Of a stretch of DNA of 64,000 bases, positions 7,800 through 17,147 are shown piece after piece (position 1 is the first letter of the stretch; the number at the start of each line of letters is the position of its first letter). The notes under the pieces were generated by a model. It made no database searches. It saw only the letters and a list, made by a program, of their open reading frames with translations, and was not told the DNA's origin. The stretch is from an uncultured virus (IMG/VR IMGVR_UViG_3300042197_003121) (lineage: Duplodnaviria; Heunggongvirae; Uroviricota; Caudoviricetes). The stretch lies in the IMG/VR virus record IMGVR_UViG_3300042197_003121. The stretch is one strand, 5' to 3'. A program made the position numbers and the translations under genes.

Positions 7800-8483
7800 T
7801 CAGCCGCAAGCTACCGTGGCAGCTCCGGCGCGACCCCCATGGGTCGGGAACGTGACCACAAATTTGCGATCAGCCCGAGCACACAGGGGTGTGCCACCTC
7901 CGCAACTGGCACACTGGGTTGGTGAGCCGTCAAAGGTGGCCGGGCACTGCCTGAACATGACCCCATCGTGCTCAAACTTGGCAGGCGAACCCTCGGGAAC
8001 GACGCAAACAACGGGCAAACCGCGCTTAAAGAGCCGCGCAGCCTCAGAGCGAACCTCGGTGGAGAGGTTAACTGTAAAACCGCGACGGATCGCCGAACGG
8101 ATCGCTGCCACGTTGGCAGCAGAGCGCAGGTGGTGGGTATAGGTCCATGCTGCCTGTAGGTGAGCCGTAGCGTCTGCCAGCTTGCGCAGCAGGTCACCAC
8201 GGATCAGGCCAGCCTCATGCCACAGATCGCCCGCCACATTGTGGCGAAACTTAGAACCGGGCTTGAGTTTGGCCACGGCAGCAATAAAGTCCAGAGCGGC
8301 AACACCGCGCAGACCTGCCGTGATGGCGTCCCAATGAAGCCGAGTGTAGTATCCAGCCTCAGCGTAGCAACCACCGTCACCCGCAAGCGGGCAGGTCGGT
8401 GAGCAACTGGGCCGAGCCGTGGTGCTGACCGCGATGCGGCCAGTCTTGTCATTGCTGCTGTAGCGAGTCAGAGCTGAATTCAT
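7800..8483 (-). CDS. Cys-rich phage protein (GP88/DUF7227-like)
   Basis: SNDKTG, SCSPTCPL..GCYA, FRHNVAGDL, WTYTH, TVNLS, CPA..CASC..C motifs. Confidence 0.6.
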   Translation of the reverse strand: MNSALTRYSSNDKTGRIAVSTTARPSCSPTCPLAGDGGCYAEAGYYTRLHWDAITAGLRGVAALDFIAAVAKLKPGSKFRHNVAGDLWHEAGLIRGDLLRKLADATAHLQAAWTYTHHLRSAANVAAIRSAIRRGFTVNLSTEVRSEAARLFKRGLPVVCVVPEGSPAKFEHDGVMFRQCPATFDGSPTQCASCGGGTPLCARADRKFVVTFPTHGGRAGAATVACG

Positions 8484-8609
8484 CGCTCTCTATGTGCGAG
8501 TGAACAAGCCAGGCTGATTGCCTGACCCCCTAATCATAGGCCATCGGCCGACCCTGCCAGCCCACTGGCGCCAAACTTAACAATCGTTGACATTGTTACC
8601 CTCTGTTGC

Positions 8610-8677
8610 TCACTATCAACACAAAACTTCATTAATCACTATCAACTATCAACAAAAAAATAGGGGCCGGAGCCCCC
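8610..8677 (-). repeat. Terminator plus TGTTGATAGTGA repeats (module 2)
   Basis: GGGGC-CGGA-GCCCC hairpin, A-tract, three CTATCAAC copies. Confidence 0.8.
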
Positions 8678-8681
8678 AAAA

Positions 8682-8990
8682 TCAACAGCCTAGGTATGGC
8701 AGATAATCTGGATCGTCGTTCTCCCTGCAGTCGCAGGCCCAGATCCAGAGCAGACGCCCTAAATTGGCCTGATGATCGCAGAGTTCACGCCGATCCCACG
8801 CGCCGTAGTCTCGCAGGTGTTCCCGCAACAACCACGCTGGGGCTTCGATCTGCAAACGGTCGACCCAGTAAGCCACTGCCTCATCGACAGAACCCTGAGC
8901 CGAGCAGTCTGCAATGCAGTCCTCAGGAAGCCTGCTAATGGCAGAGCGCCCCTGAAACCACTTGCCCCAATAGGTCTTGAGACCATTCAT
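8682..8990 (-). CDS. Hypothetical phage protein
   Basis: CSAQGSVDEAV...LRDYGAWD..EL.D...N..RLLWI motif; ATG at 8990. Confidence 0.7.
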   Translation of the reverse strand: MNGLKTYWGKWFQGRSAISRLPEDCIADCSAQGSVDEAVAYWVDRLQIEAPAWLLREHLRDYGAWDRRELCDHQANLGRLLWIWACDCRENDDPDYLPYLGC

Positions 8991-9011
8991 CGCTTCTATG
9001 GCGAACGACCT

Positions 9012-9114
9012 CCTCACTGTAGCGCATCGGCAACCGCCGCCACTACCATGAAATATTTCTTCATCACGTTAATCACTATCAACACAAAAGTTAAAAAAAG
9101 GGGCCGAAGCCCCC
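9012..9114 (-). promoter_or_regulatory. Terminator + TGTTGATAGTGA + promoter (module 3)
   Basis: Hairpin GGGGC-CGAA-GCCCC, AATCACTATCAACACAAAA, -10 context TGCGCTACAGTGAGG. Confidence 0.75.
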
Positions 9115-9121
9115 GGTTTCA

Positions 9122-9391
9122 TTATTCTGGCTCAGCGTAAGCTGACTTGATCCGGTCGCCGCAATGGTCACAGTACAGGTCTGGGTCCTCCCAATTTGCG
9201 TCGATCGCCACCAGCCGCCAGCCATCAGTTCCCGTAGTGGTCCCAATATTGGAGCGTTCAGACTTTGCGCAACGATGGCAGCAGGCGCCGCCGTCATGGA
9301 ACACGCCGAACAGAGGGTAACCACCAGGCCAAGCGTATGGGCTGGCGCTGAGCTGATCAGCCAACCGGAGGCTGGCGCTTTGAGTTGTCAT
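9122..9391 (-). CDS. Hypothetical Zn-binding phage protein
   Basis: YAWPGGYP, CCHRC, NWED.DLYCDHC motifs. Confidence 0.75.
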   Translation of the reverse strand: MTTQSASLRLADQLSASPYAWPGGYPLFGVFHDGGACCHRCAKSERSNIGTTTGTDGWRLVAIDANWEDPDLYCDHCGDRIKSAYAEPE

Positions 9392-9412
9392 CGCATCTAG
9401 GGCGAACTACCC

Positions 9413-9514
9413 CCTCACTGTAGCGCACCGGCCAGCCCCACCACGGCCACTTCACACTTATTCATACTGTTAATCACTATCAACACAAAACTTAAAAAGG
9501 GGCCCGGAGGCCCC
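9413..9514 (-). promoter_or_regulatory. Terminator + TGTTGATAGTGA + promoter (module 4)
   Basis: Hairpin GGGGCC-CGGA-GGCCCC, AATCACTATCAACACAAAA, identical TGCGCTACAGTGAGG. Confidence 0.75.
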
Positions 9515-9520
9515 AGCTTG

Positions 9521-9673
9521 TCAGATGCGCTCGTGTTTCAGGTCATCCATAAACTCTTCCAAAACACTGGTCGGAACATAGCTTGACAGCGCCCGGAGAA
9601 TGTACTCTTTGCGCAGAGGCCCCCAGTCCTCCCATAGTTCAGCAAACTGTGCGCGGATTTCATCTGGTGTCAT
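9521..9673 (-). CDS. Small hypothetical protein
   Basis: ACACCATG start at 9673. Confidence 0.6.
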   Translation of the reverse strand: MTPDEIRAQFAELWEDWGPLRKEYILRALSSYVPTSVLEEFMDDLKHERI

Positions 9674-9723
9674 GGTGTCAGTCCTTGCTAGGTGGTTGGA
9701 TGGGGGCCGGAGCCCCCGTGTGA

Positions 9724-9915
9724 TCAGTTTACAACCCACTGTGGCCGTTTGATCTTGACGCACTCGCTGATCGGAAGAATGTCCATCATTGGCGCATGTG
9801 GACGTTGCTCACACCAATCTTCGAACACAAGATCAGCAGCCTCGTAAGTCTCAAACGTCTCGAGACCAACAAAGCCAGCCTCGTCGTGAGAGTAAAAAGC
9901 AATCGCGTAATTCAT
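9724..9915 (-). CDS. Small hypothetical protein, first gene of the leftward region
   Basis: CCTAGA leader; extended -10 TGGTAGAGT at 9965-9973. Confidence 0.6.
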   Translation of the reverse strand: MNYAIAFYSHDEAGFVGLETFETYEAADLVFEDWCEQRPHAPMMDILPISECVKIKRPQWVVN

Positions 9916-10179
9916 AAAACCTCTCTAGGTGGTTTGATCCCGAACCTCTCGGCTCGGTCCCCTCACTCTACCACCCCACCGACCACCACCCCCACCCCCG
10001 TCACAATCCTTCACACAACCTTTCTTTTTTTCCTACAGCGTAAACTTTTGTAAACGGCGGGCCTGATGCCTGCCGCAAAATTTTCCCAAAATCGACCTTT
10101 TTAATGGGCCGGTAGGGTGTAACAAATCCTCGTATTTATACGCCCTAAAATCATTTATAACGTCAAAAGTACAAATAAG

Positions 10180-11775
10180 ATGCCTGTCTCTCCGCAGGAT
10201 TTTGCACTCTGGTCCCGCATGACCGGAAACCCGTATCCTCAGTCCCCTGCAGAGCGGATGGCACTGGCGCCAGAAGTTTATAGCTATACGCGCAATATTG
10301 GTCGTCAAGGTGGTCCCACTATGGGACCAATTAGACGAGCCGTTGATGTTGCAGGTAAGGTTGCGCTTGGTGCGGGCTTACTGGCAGGGGCGAGTTACCT
10401 GGCAACAAAAGGATATGAAAAACTTAATCTTGATAATGAGCCCGATATTGTTCCAACCGTTGTTGAAGAAATCCCAAATGTTAACTCCCAAGCAGCTAGG
10501 GCGTCTGCAGACGTAACTCCACCTACAACATCTGATTATTACAATCAAGATGTTGTACCCCATCAAACTTCTACAGTTCAAGCATTAAGGGGCACTACGG
10601 CTCAAAAGCCAACTCTTGGTTCAATTGAACAAAAACCTGCGACACAAAGTGAAGTAATAGGTTCTCAGCAGCATTTCACTCCTGGTACAGAAGAACAACA
10701 GCTTGCAAGTGCAGCTCAACCATCTCCTTCAGTTCGTGATCAAGCTGAAGAATTGATTGGGCGCGTATCTGCAAGCCAAGTCGCAAAATTCCGTCAATCG
10801 CCTTCTTATGCTGCGGCTGTGAAATCTGCAGGTACGGAAGAGTTGATCGGGGATACCACTCCTTATGTCGATCCGTCTCCGCAACCTGCCGTCATCTCTG
10901 GCCCTGTAAGGATGACCCCTCAGACTCGGGTTGCTGTTGTTACAGAAGAAAGCCCAATTGCAGAAATGGCAACAGTAGCCACTCCTGTAACTGTCACAAG
11001 CCCATCCCCTCAGCAAAGAATCGACGCTCCAGTTGGAGGCGCCTCCTCGTCTGAAATTAGAGAACTGGATCAACTCCTGGCGCGGTCCCATGCGCGTCAC
11101 ACTCCAGAGCAACGAATCGATTTACGGAATCAGCTTTTAGCTAAAAAATATGGTGGTGGTGAAACTATTGCTGAAGCACCCGCACAAGCAACAGCTTCTC
11201 CGATTATCACAACCAGTCAACCGCAGCCTGTTCGCGTTGCTTCTGCAGTTTCCGCTCCTGCAGCTAGAATCAGCCCAAATGAATTCTTAAGCGCCATGAG
11301 CCAGCAAGTTGGTCCTGTAGCTACTTACGATATTCCTGCTGAACGGAGTAAAGCTGTCCGTGGACTGGCCTTCTACCCTGGCGGTGAAATCGGCGTTCAA
11401 ATGGGCAAACGTAAAGGTGACCCAACTGAATATGCCTACGCTACTTCCGATCCTTATCGGTTAACTTTGTTTGATTACGCAGAAGAAGGTTTTCCTGCAG
11501 GAATGGGTAACATTGGCGGCATTGTTGCGGATAAAGCCCTTGCGCATCAAATGGGATTACAAAAATCTGTTGAGCGTGGTGGAACTATTCGTGAAAAGCG
11601 TCAACCTGTTTACGCCGGTTTAATGAGTGATGCAGACATCACATCTGCAGGAATGGGTAAATCGGGAAGCAGCCGTGCAAAAGCAATGGAGCAAGCAGAG
11701 CGCCACTTTGAAACAAAACAAATTATGCAAGCACTTGAAGAAAGGGCTGCTCGTAAAAGAGCAGGTGTTGTGTAA
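10180..11775 (+). CDS. Low-complexity Pro/Ala/Gln-rich protein, probably virion-associated
   Basis: 531-aa ORF heading the rightward module. Confidence 0.7.
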   Translation: MPVSPQDFALWSRMTGNPYPQSPAERMALAPEVYSYTRNIGRQGGPTMGPIRRAVDVAGKVALGAGLLAGASYLATKGYEKLNLDNEPDIVPTVVEEIPNVNSQAARASADVTPPTTSDYYNQDVVPHQTSTVQALRGTTAQKPTLGSIEQKPATQSEVIGSQQHFTPGTEEQQLASAAQPSPSVRDQAEELIGRVSASQVAKFRQSPSYAAAVKSAGTEELIGDTTPYVDPSPQPAVISGPVRMTPQTRVAVVTEESPIAEMATVATPVTVTSPSPQQRIDAPVGGASSSEIRELDQLLARSHARHTPEQRIDLRNQLLAKKYGGGETIAEAPAQATASPIITTSQPQPVRVASAVSAPAARISPNEFLSAMSQQVGPVATYDIPAERSKAVRGLAFYPGGEIGVQMGKRKGDPTEYAYATSDPYRLTLFDYAEEGFPAGMGNIGGIVADKALAHQMGLQKSVERGGTIREKRQPVYAGLMSDADITSAGMGKSGSSRAKAMEQAERHFETKQIMQALEERAARKRAGVV

Positions 11776-11811
11776 TTAATCGTTGTAGACTTTTCTTATC
11801 GGGGATTAGTC

Positions 11812-12207
11812 ATGACTTTCTTGGAACCAATTATCGCCGCTGTCGTTGGTGCTGCAGCCGCTGCTCTTGCAATGCTCCTCCGCAATAGCGGGCAAGCTCA
11901 AGCATTCTTAAAGTACGGCGGAATTGTAAAAAGAGCTTACGACATTATCGACCCGGTCCTAGATCAAAATTTACACAACTGGAAAGGCTCACAGGTTGAC
12001 ATGGCTTTTGAGTTAGCCATCTCGTCCGTTGCTGATGGAGCATTAAGCTCGGAAGAAATTAAAAAGCTTGCCTTCTACATGGCGCAAGCATGGCTACCTC
12101 AGAAAGCAGCTGATAAAGTTCGGAAATTAGAAGCCATGTCTAGCCCTGCTCCTGAGCTGATTAAAGCTTCTGAAATTGCAATAAAAGTCAATAACGCTGT
12201 TGCTTGA
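11812..12207 (+). CDS. Hypothetical protein with N-terminal hydrophobic segment (holin-like?)
   Basis: IIAAVVGAAAAALAMLL. Confidence 0.6.
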   Translation: MTFLEPIIAAVVGAAAAALAMLLRNSGQAQAFLKYGGIVKRAYDIIDPVLDQNLHNWKGSQVDMAFELAISSVADGALSSEEIKKLAFYMAQAWLPQKAADKVRKLEAMSSPAPELIKASEIAIKVNNAVA

Positions 12208-12231
12208 TAAAATAGTACTTATTAGTTAATC

Positions 12232-12435
12232 ATGGCTAAAGACGGCAAGTGGATTCAGGAAGCGACCAGTGAGCATCCCGGTGCTTTTTCTAAAAAAGCT
12301 AAAGAAGCTGGGATGAGTACAAAGGAATACGCAGCCAAGGTTACTGCTAATCCAGCTGAGTACGATAAACGCACCGTCAAACAGGCAAATTTAGCTAAAA
12401 CGTTAACTAAATTACGCAAAAAGAAAGGTAAGTGA
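12232..12435 (+). CDS. Small basic phage protein
   Basis: KWIQEA...HPGAF...QANLAKTL motif. Confidence 0.75.
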   Translation: MAKDGKWIQEATSEHPGAFSKKAKEAGMSTKEYAAKVTANPAEYDKRTVKQANLAKTLTKLRKKKGK

Positions 12436-12443
12436 GTAATTGA

Positions 12444-12902
12444 ATGGCATTTAGCAGAGATTACACTAACCCACAAGATCGTGAATGGCGGGCAGGTAAG
12501 AGCCCATATGAAAAAACCCTGGGGCCAAACCGAGAATCAACGAGTGACCCAGCCTCATTCAGGAGTGGCTTTGTTGCAGCATTAAAAGATAGCCCTAGGT
12601 TTAACAGTTTTTACAGTGAGGGTACATTCCCGATTGACGCAGCTGACCGTTCACAAAAAAAAATTAACCAAGCGTCTAGAAGTGTTTGGGCTAATTTTAA
12701 AAATCCAGAAGATAATAAATTCGCCGATGACTTTCTAGCGAAATATTCGCAAAGTGTTATTCGTGGGATAATTGCAGAAGAGGATGCTGTTGATCCTAAA
12801 AATTTAGATTACTTGGTCTCAGAGCCTGCTCCAGCCGGTTCAAATGAAAAAAGTCAATCAACTGTCGGTAAATTCCCAAATCAAGGAGTGCAAGTAGGAT
12901 GA
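12444..12902 (+). CDS. Hypothetical protein
   Basis: Tightly packed in operon. Confidence 0.7.
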   Translation: MAFSRDYTNPQDREWRAGKSPYEKTLGPNRESTSDPASFRSGFVAALKDSPRFNSFYSEGTFPIDAADRSQKKINQASRSVWANFKNPEDNKFADDFLAKYSQSVIRGIIAEEDAVDPKNLDYLVSEPAPAGSNEKSQSTVGKFPNQGVQVG

Positions 12903-13411
12903 CTACTTCTGTTGCGGGTAGGTTCGCCGGAAAAGCTTTAGCTGATTTCTTAAAAACTGCTAGTTCGGCAATGACTGGAGCAGTTACCGGAGCAGTTGCT
13001 AAAAATTTAAGCAATTTAGAGAACCCAAGTGGCCTTCTAGGAGTAGCCGCTAAATACCCAGAGACAACGGCAAAATTAATTGGGTCTGTATCAGGACCAC
13101 TGACGATTGGGGGCGCAGCTGCTGGGGTTGGTGCGCTCGTTAATTATTTACAGCAAAGTAAACATTCGTTACCAGTACAATCTAACGCTGGTATGATGCG
13201 CCCTCCTGCTTTTGCAACACAACAATATATCCCTGGTATATCACCTTTGACAAATGAGCAAATGGGAGAATCGTTGCTTGATCAACAACGATATCAACAT
13301 CAACTTGAGTTGATTCAAGCTCGTCATCAAGCTTCTGCAGGAGCCGGAACACTTCATGCTAGTGGTAACATGAGTGATATTATTGGATTAGCTCAAAAAA
13401 TTTACGGGTAA
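12899..13411 (+). CDS. Putative internal virion protein
   Basis: Gly/Ala-rich, coupled start/stop. Confidence 0.6.
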   Translation: MTTSVAGRFAGKALADFLKTASSAMTGAVTGAVAKNLSNLENPSGLLGVAAKYPETTAKLIGSVSGPLTIGGAAAGVGALVNYLQQSKHSLPVQSNAGMMRPPAFATQQYIPGISPLTNEQMGESLLDQQRYQHQLELIQARHQASAGAGTLHASGNMSDIIGLAQKIYG

Positions 13412-13416
13412 TTAAT

Positions 13417-13917
13417 ATGAGCTTTTACGATAATTTACCAGGATATAAAAATCCCTTAGGAGATAAAACACCGACCTGGGGCTCTAGTTCTGATTGGAAT
13501 GGCTCTGAAAGAAGAATAGACTGGAAAGGCGGTTTTAATGTGGACAAAAGTGGTTTATGGGATAAATCATTTGGGCGATACAACAATCCAGCTGAAAGCT
13601 ATTTAAACCTTACAAAAAGTAAATTATTTGATAAGGCGTTCCAAAATCGAAACAATCGCGATTACGAAAGTCAATTTGGCGGTTCGAGTCAAGGCGGAGG
13701 AGGTGGTGTAGCTGCGCACAGTGGCGAAGTTCTTCCTGGTTTTGGAGTGTATGAATCCGGAAAACTGTCTCCGGTTGTCATACATGCGCCACGAAAAAAG
13801 GGCATATTTGGGGACATTGGAGGCCTGGCAGGTGGACTGGGGACGGCATTTGGAATTTTTGGTCCACTTGGAATGCCGATTGGCGCAGCAATTGGCGGGA
13901 TTGCAGATCAATTTTAA
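13417..13917 (+). CDS. Putative internal virion protein with glycine-zipper C-terminus
   Basis: GGLAGGLGTAFGIFGPLGMPIGAAIGG. Confidence 0.6.
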   Translation: MSFYDNLPGYKNPLGDKTPTWGSSSDWNGSERRIDWKGGFNVDKSGLWDKSFGRYNNPAESYLNLTKSKLFDKAFQNRNNRDYESQFGGSSQGGGGGVAAHSGEVLPGFGVYESGKLSPVVIHAPRKKGIFGDIGGLAGGLGTAFGIFGPLGMPIGAAIGGIADQF

Positions 13918-13965
13918 TTAATAAAATTACTTCCTTTAAAATAAAAATCAAGAGAATTAAAAATT

Positions 13966-14733
13966 ATGGTTTTACCAGCCCTTTCCGCACTTGTACCAAT
14001 TGGGGGTGCTGTTCTTGGTGGATATGAAGGATATCGTCGTAGTGGTGGCGATTTAGGTGCTGCTGCTTTAGCTGCTGGTTTAGGAGCTGCATTACCTGGT
14101 GGACTTCGCATGGCAGGTACCGCCCTTGGAGCTACACCTATGGGTGCCGCTGCCCTTGGAAGGGGTAGTCAGCTTCTTGCTAAAGGAGCTCAATTTGCTA
14201 AGATTCCTGGTCCCGTTGCTCCTTTAACGGCAGCCGGTTTAGGTGCTACTGCTGCTGGTGTTGGTACCCTATTTGCTCCTCAATTGGCAGGGAGTATTGC
14301 AGCTGCGGCAGCACCTCCCGCTCAAAAAGTTGCAGGTGGCGCAACTGGATTGGCTGTTCCCTCAATGCAGCCTTCCGGCCAATTCAACGCGGGTGTGGCT
14401 GTTCCTAGTGGGCTTCCTGTTGGTGCATCTCCTGCTGGCACTCTCGATGTTGCTGATCCCTCTGGACGATTTGCTGCTGCACGCACCGCCGGTCTGTTAG
14501 AGGGAGATATTCAACTTGCCAATATGAAAAAATTGATGCCTTATCTTTTTGAGGCGTCTGAAGCTCGCTCTAAGACTGAAATGCAGCGTCAATTAGCTGC
14601 TGCAGGTGTTCGTCAAAACATTCTTACTGCTGCAAATATGCTGGAGCGCAGTCAACAAGCTGCTCAACAAATGGGAATCAATGCAGCATCCCAAGCAGGT
14701 GCTGCTCTAACCTCTCAATATCAATATCAATAA
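13966..14733 (+). CDS. Putative internal virion (ejection) protein
   Basis: Gly/Ala-zipper N-terminus, Gln/Ala helical C-terminus. Confidence 0.6.
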   Translation: MVLPALSALVPIGGAVLGGYEGYRRSGGDLGAAALAAGLGAALPGGLRMAGTALGATPMGAAALGRGSQLLAKGAQFAKIPGPVAPLTAAGLGATAAGVGTLFAPQLAGSIAAAAAPPAQKVAGGATGLAVPSMQPSGQFNAGVAVPSGLPVGASPAGTLDVADPSGRFAAARTAGLLEGDIQLANMKKLMPYLFEASEARSKTEMQRQLAAAGVRQNILTAANMLERSQQAAQQMGINAASQAGAALTSQYQYQ

Positions 14734-14734
14734 T

Positions 14735-15283
14735 ATGGCATTTGGTAGCTTTCCGGATTACACTGGTGTTTTTACCGGAACGGATACGTCTACCGGTAAA
14801 CGAAACATTGACTTATTTAAAGCCGCCTTTAAAACGGGAGCCCCAGATTTTAATGGTTATTTAACGCAACCTTCTGTGCAGGCGTCAACGTATGATAGCA
14901 ATAATCCAATTGGAAATATCTTAAACACCGCACGGGCAATTCAAGCTTTTGAAGAAGCCCGGTATCCATTTGAAATAAACAAATACCAGCAAATGAGTGA
15001 TATTGCTGCACAGCAGCAATTGAAGCAGGCTTATCAGCTTTACCCTCTGTTAAGCCAAGCAGGCCGGGAAACGATGGAACGTAATTTGGCAGCGAGTAAA
15101 GCATATAGGGCATTTGCGGAAGGTCTGCCATCAAACGTTCAAAACATCATGGCCTCTAAACAAGCACAGGCAACTTCAGCTGCTGCTGGAGAAGCAGACC
15201 GTGCTCGTGCAGTTGCAGCCCAACAAGATGCAGCCAACCGCTATGGTGGACGTTTTGCCGGGCAGTTCATTCAGGTCGGCTGA
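14735..15283 (+). CDS. Putative internal virion protein
   Basis: Ala/Gln-rich helical C-terminus. Confidence 0.6.
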   Translation: MAFGSFPDYTGVFTGTDTSTGKRNIDLFKAAFKTGAPDFNGYLTQPSVQASTYDSNNPIGNILNTARAIQAFEEARYPFEINKYQQMSDIAAQQQLKQAYQLYPLLSQAGRETMERNLAASKAYRAFAEGLPSNVQNIMASKQAQATSAAAGEADRARAVAAQQDAANRYGGRFAGQFIQVG

Positions 15284-15314
15284 GTTAAGCTTAATTAAGA
15301 AAGATTGTTGACCC

Positions 15315-17147
15315 ATGGGATCACCACCACCACCTACTATTGTTTATTCGCCGCCGCCGCCGCCTCCAGCGCCGCCAACCCCTGTACCGACTCAGTCGTT
15401 GCAATCGCAAGCTGCGTTAAACGAGACTAGTTCTGCTCAACAAAGGCTCAACATGGAGCTTGGGGCACAGCTTGATCGTACTAACGCTGAGTTTTTTGCG
15501 GGTCAAGATGTACGAAGATATCAAGCGCAGGGTGCTGAACAGAGATTAACTGCAGCTGCAGTTGGTACGCAAGAGCGTGCAGTTGCAGCAGCTAAAGGAG
15601 ATCAAGAACGGAAAACTGCAGAAGTAACTGGATATCAACAGCGCTTAGGTATTGCTACAACTGGTACACAAGAACGACTTACTGCAGCAGCTAGAGGGGA
15701 GCAAGAGCGCCTAGGAATTGCGGCAACTGGAGCACAAGCTCGGGCGACTCAAGCTCAGTTACTTTCTGGGCAAGAACGACAGATTGGATTAACTGGTGAA
15801 CAAGCCAGAGCAACGCAGGCTCAGTTACTTTCTGGCCAAGAACGTCAAATTGGCCTGACTGGTACACAAGAACGGCTCACGGCAGCAACTAGAGGGGAGC
15901 AAGAGCGCCTAGGGATTGCCGCCACTGGAACACAAGCCAGAGCAACACAGGCTCAGTTGCTTTCTGGGCAAGAACGACAGATTGGATTAACTGGTGAACA
16001 AGCCAGAGCAACGCAAGCTCAGTTACTTTCCGGACAAGAACGCCAAATCGGATTAACCGGTGAACAAGAGCGGCTCACGCAAACACAACGATTCGCGGGT
16101 GAAACAGGGTTAATCCAAACTCGAGGGGCTGAAGAGCGTTTAGGAATCGCAACTACTGGTGAACAAGCCAGAGCAACACAGGCTCAGTTACTTTCCGGAC
16201 AGGAACGACAGATTGGATTAACTGGTGAGCAAGCCAGAGCAACGCAGGCTCAGTTACTTGCTGGCCAAGAGCGTCAAATTGGATTAACCGGTGAACAACA
16301 ACGTTTAGGAATCGTAACTACTGGTGAGCAAGCCAGAGCAACGCAAGCTCAGCTCCTTGCTGGTCAAGAGCGTCAAATTGGATTAACTGGGGAACAAGAG
16401 CGGCTCACGCAAGCACAGAGATTCGCGGGTGAAACAGGGTTAATCCAAACTCGAGGGGCTGAAGAGCGTTTAACAACTGAGACAGCAGGTTATCAACAGA
16501 GGTTAGGAATTGCTGCAACTGGTGAACAAGAGAGGCTCACACAAGCACAGCGGTTTGCGGGTGAAACAGGGTTAATCCAAACTCGAGGGTCTGAAGAGCG
16601 TTTAGGAATTTTGGCAACCGGCGAACAAGCCAGAGCAACGCAAGCTCAGCTTCTTGCTGGACAAGAACGCCAAATCGGGTTAACAGGTGAACAACAACGT
16701 TTAGGAATTGCAACTACTGGTGAACAAGAGAGGCTTACACAAGCACAACGGTTCGCGGGTGAAACAGGGTTAATCCAAACTCGAGGGTCTGAAGAGCGTT
16801 TAGGAATCGCAACTACTGGTGAGCAAGCCAGGGCAACGCAGGCTCAGTTACTTGCTGGACAAGAACGCCAAATCGGGTTAACAGGTGAACAACAACGTTT
16901 AGGAATTGCAACTACTGGTGAACAAGAACGACTAGGCATTGCAGCTACTGGTGAGCAAACCAGAGCAACACAGGCTCAGCTTCTTGCTGGTCAAGAACGC
17001 CAAATTGGGCTGACTGGTCAAGAGCAGAGAGCGACTCTTGCTAAATCCGGTGAAGAGACTCGTCTTACGGACTTGCAACAAGAGATGTTTAGGCGCTATA
17101 AAGAGAATCGAGATTTCGAACAAGCTCAACGGCAGTATCGAGTATGA
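15315..17147 (+). CDS. Hendecad-repeat coiled-coil protein
   Basis: 11-aa units TGEQARATQAQ, LLAGQERQIGL, TGEQQRLGIAT, RFAGETGLIQT; poly-Pro N-terminus. Confidence 0.85.
   Translation: MGSPPPPTIVYSPPPPPPAPPTPVPTQSLQSQAALNETSSAQQRLNMELGAQLDRTNAEFFAGQDVRRYQAQGAEQRLTAAAVGTQERAVAAAKGDQERKTAEVTGYQQRLGIATTGTQERLTAAARGEQERLGIAATGAQARATQAQLLSGQERQIGLTGEQARATQAQLLSGQERQIGLTGTQERLTAATRGEQERLGIAATGTQARATQAQLLSGQERQIGLTGEQARATQAQLLSGQERQIGLTGEQERLTQTQRFAGETGLIQTRGAEERLGIATTGEQARATQAQLLSGQERQIGLTGEQARATQAQLLAGQERQIGLTGEQQRLGIVTTGEQARATQAQLLAGQERQIGLTGEQERLTQAQRFAGETGLIQTRGAEERLTTETAGYQQRLGIAATGEQERLTQAQRFAGETGLIQTRGSEERLGILATGEQARATQAQLLAGQERQIGLTGEQQRLGIATTGEQERLTQAQRFAGETGLIQTRGSEERLGIATTGEQARATQAQLLAGQERQIGLTGEQQRLGIATTGEQERLGIAATGEQTRATQAQLLAGQERQIGLTGQEQRATLAKSGEETRLTDLQQEMFRRYKENRDFEQAQRQYRV

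Noticed and set aside
7554..9514. CRISPR array from the recurring CACTATCAAC repeats
   Set aside because: Repeats are short, hundreds of bp apart, separated by genes; no cas genes
15650..17020. CRISPR or non-coding tandem repeat
   Set aside because: In-frame 33-bp coding repeats with synonymous variation
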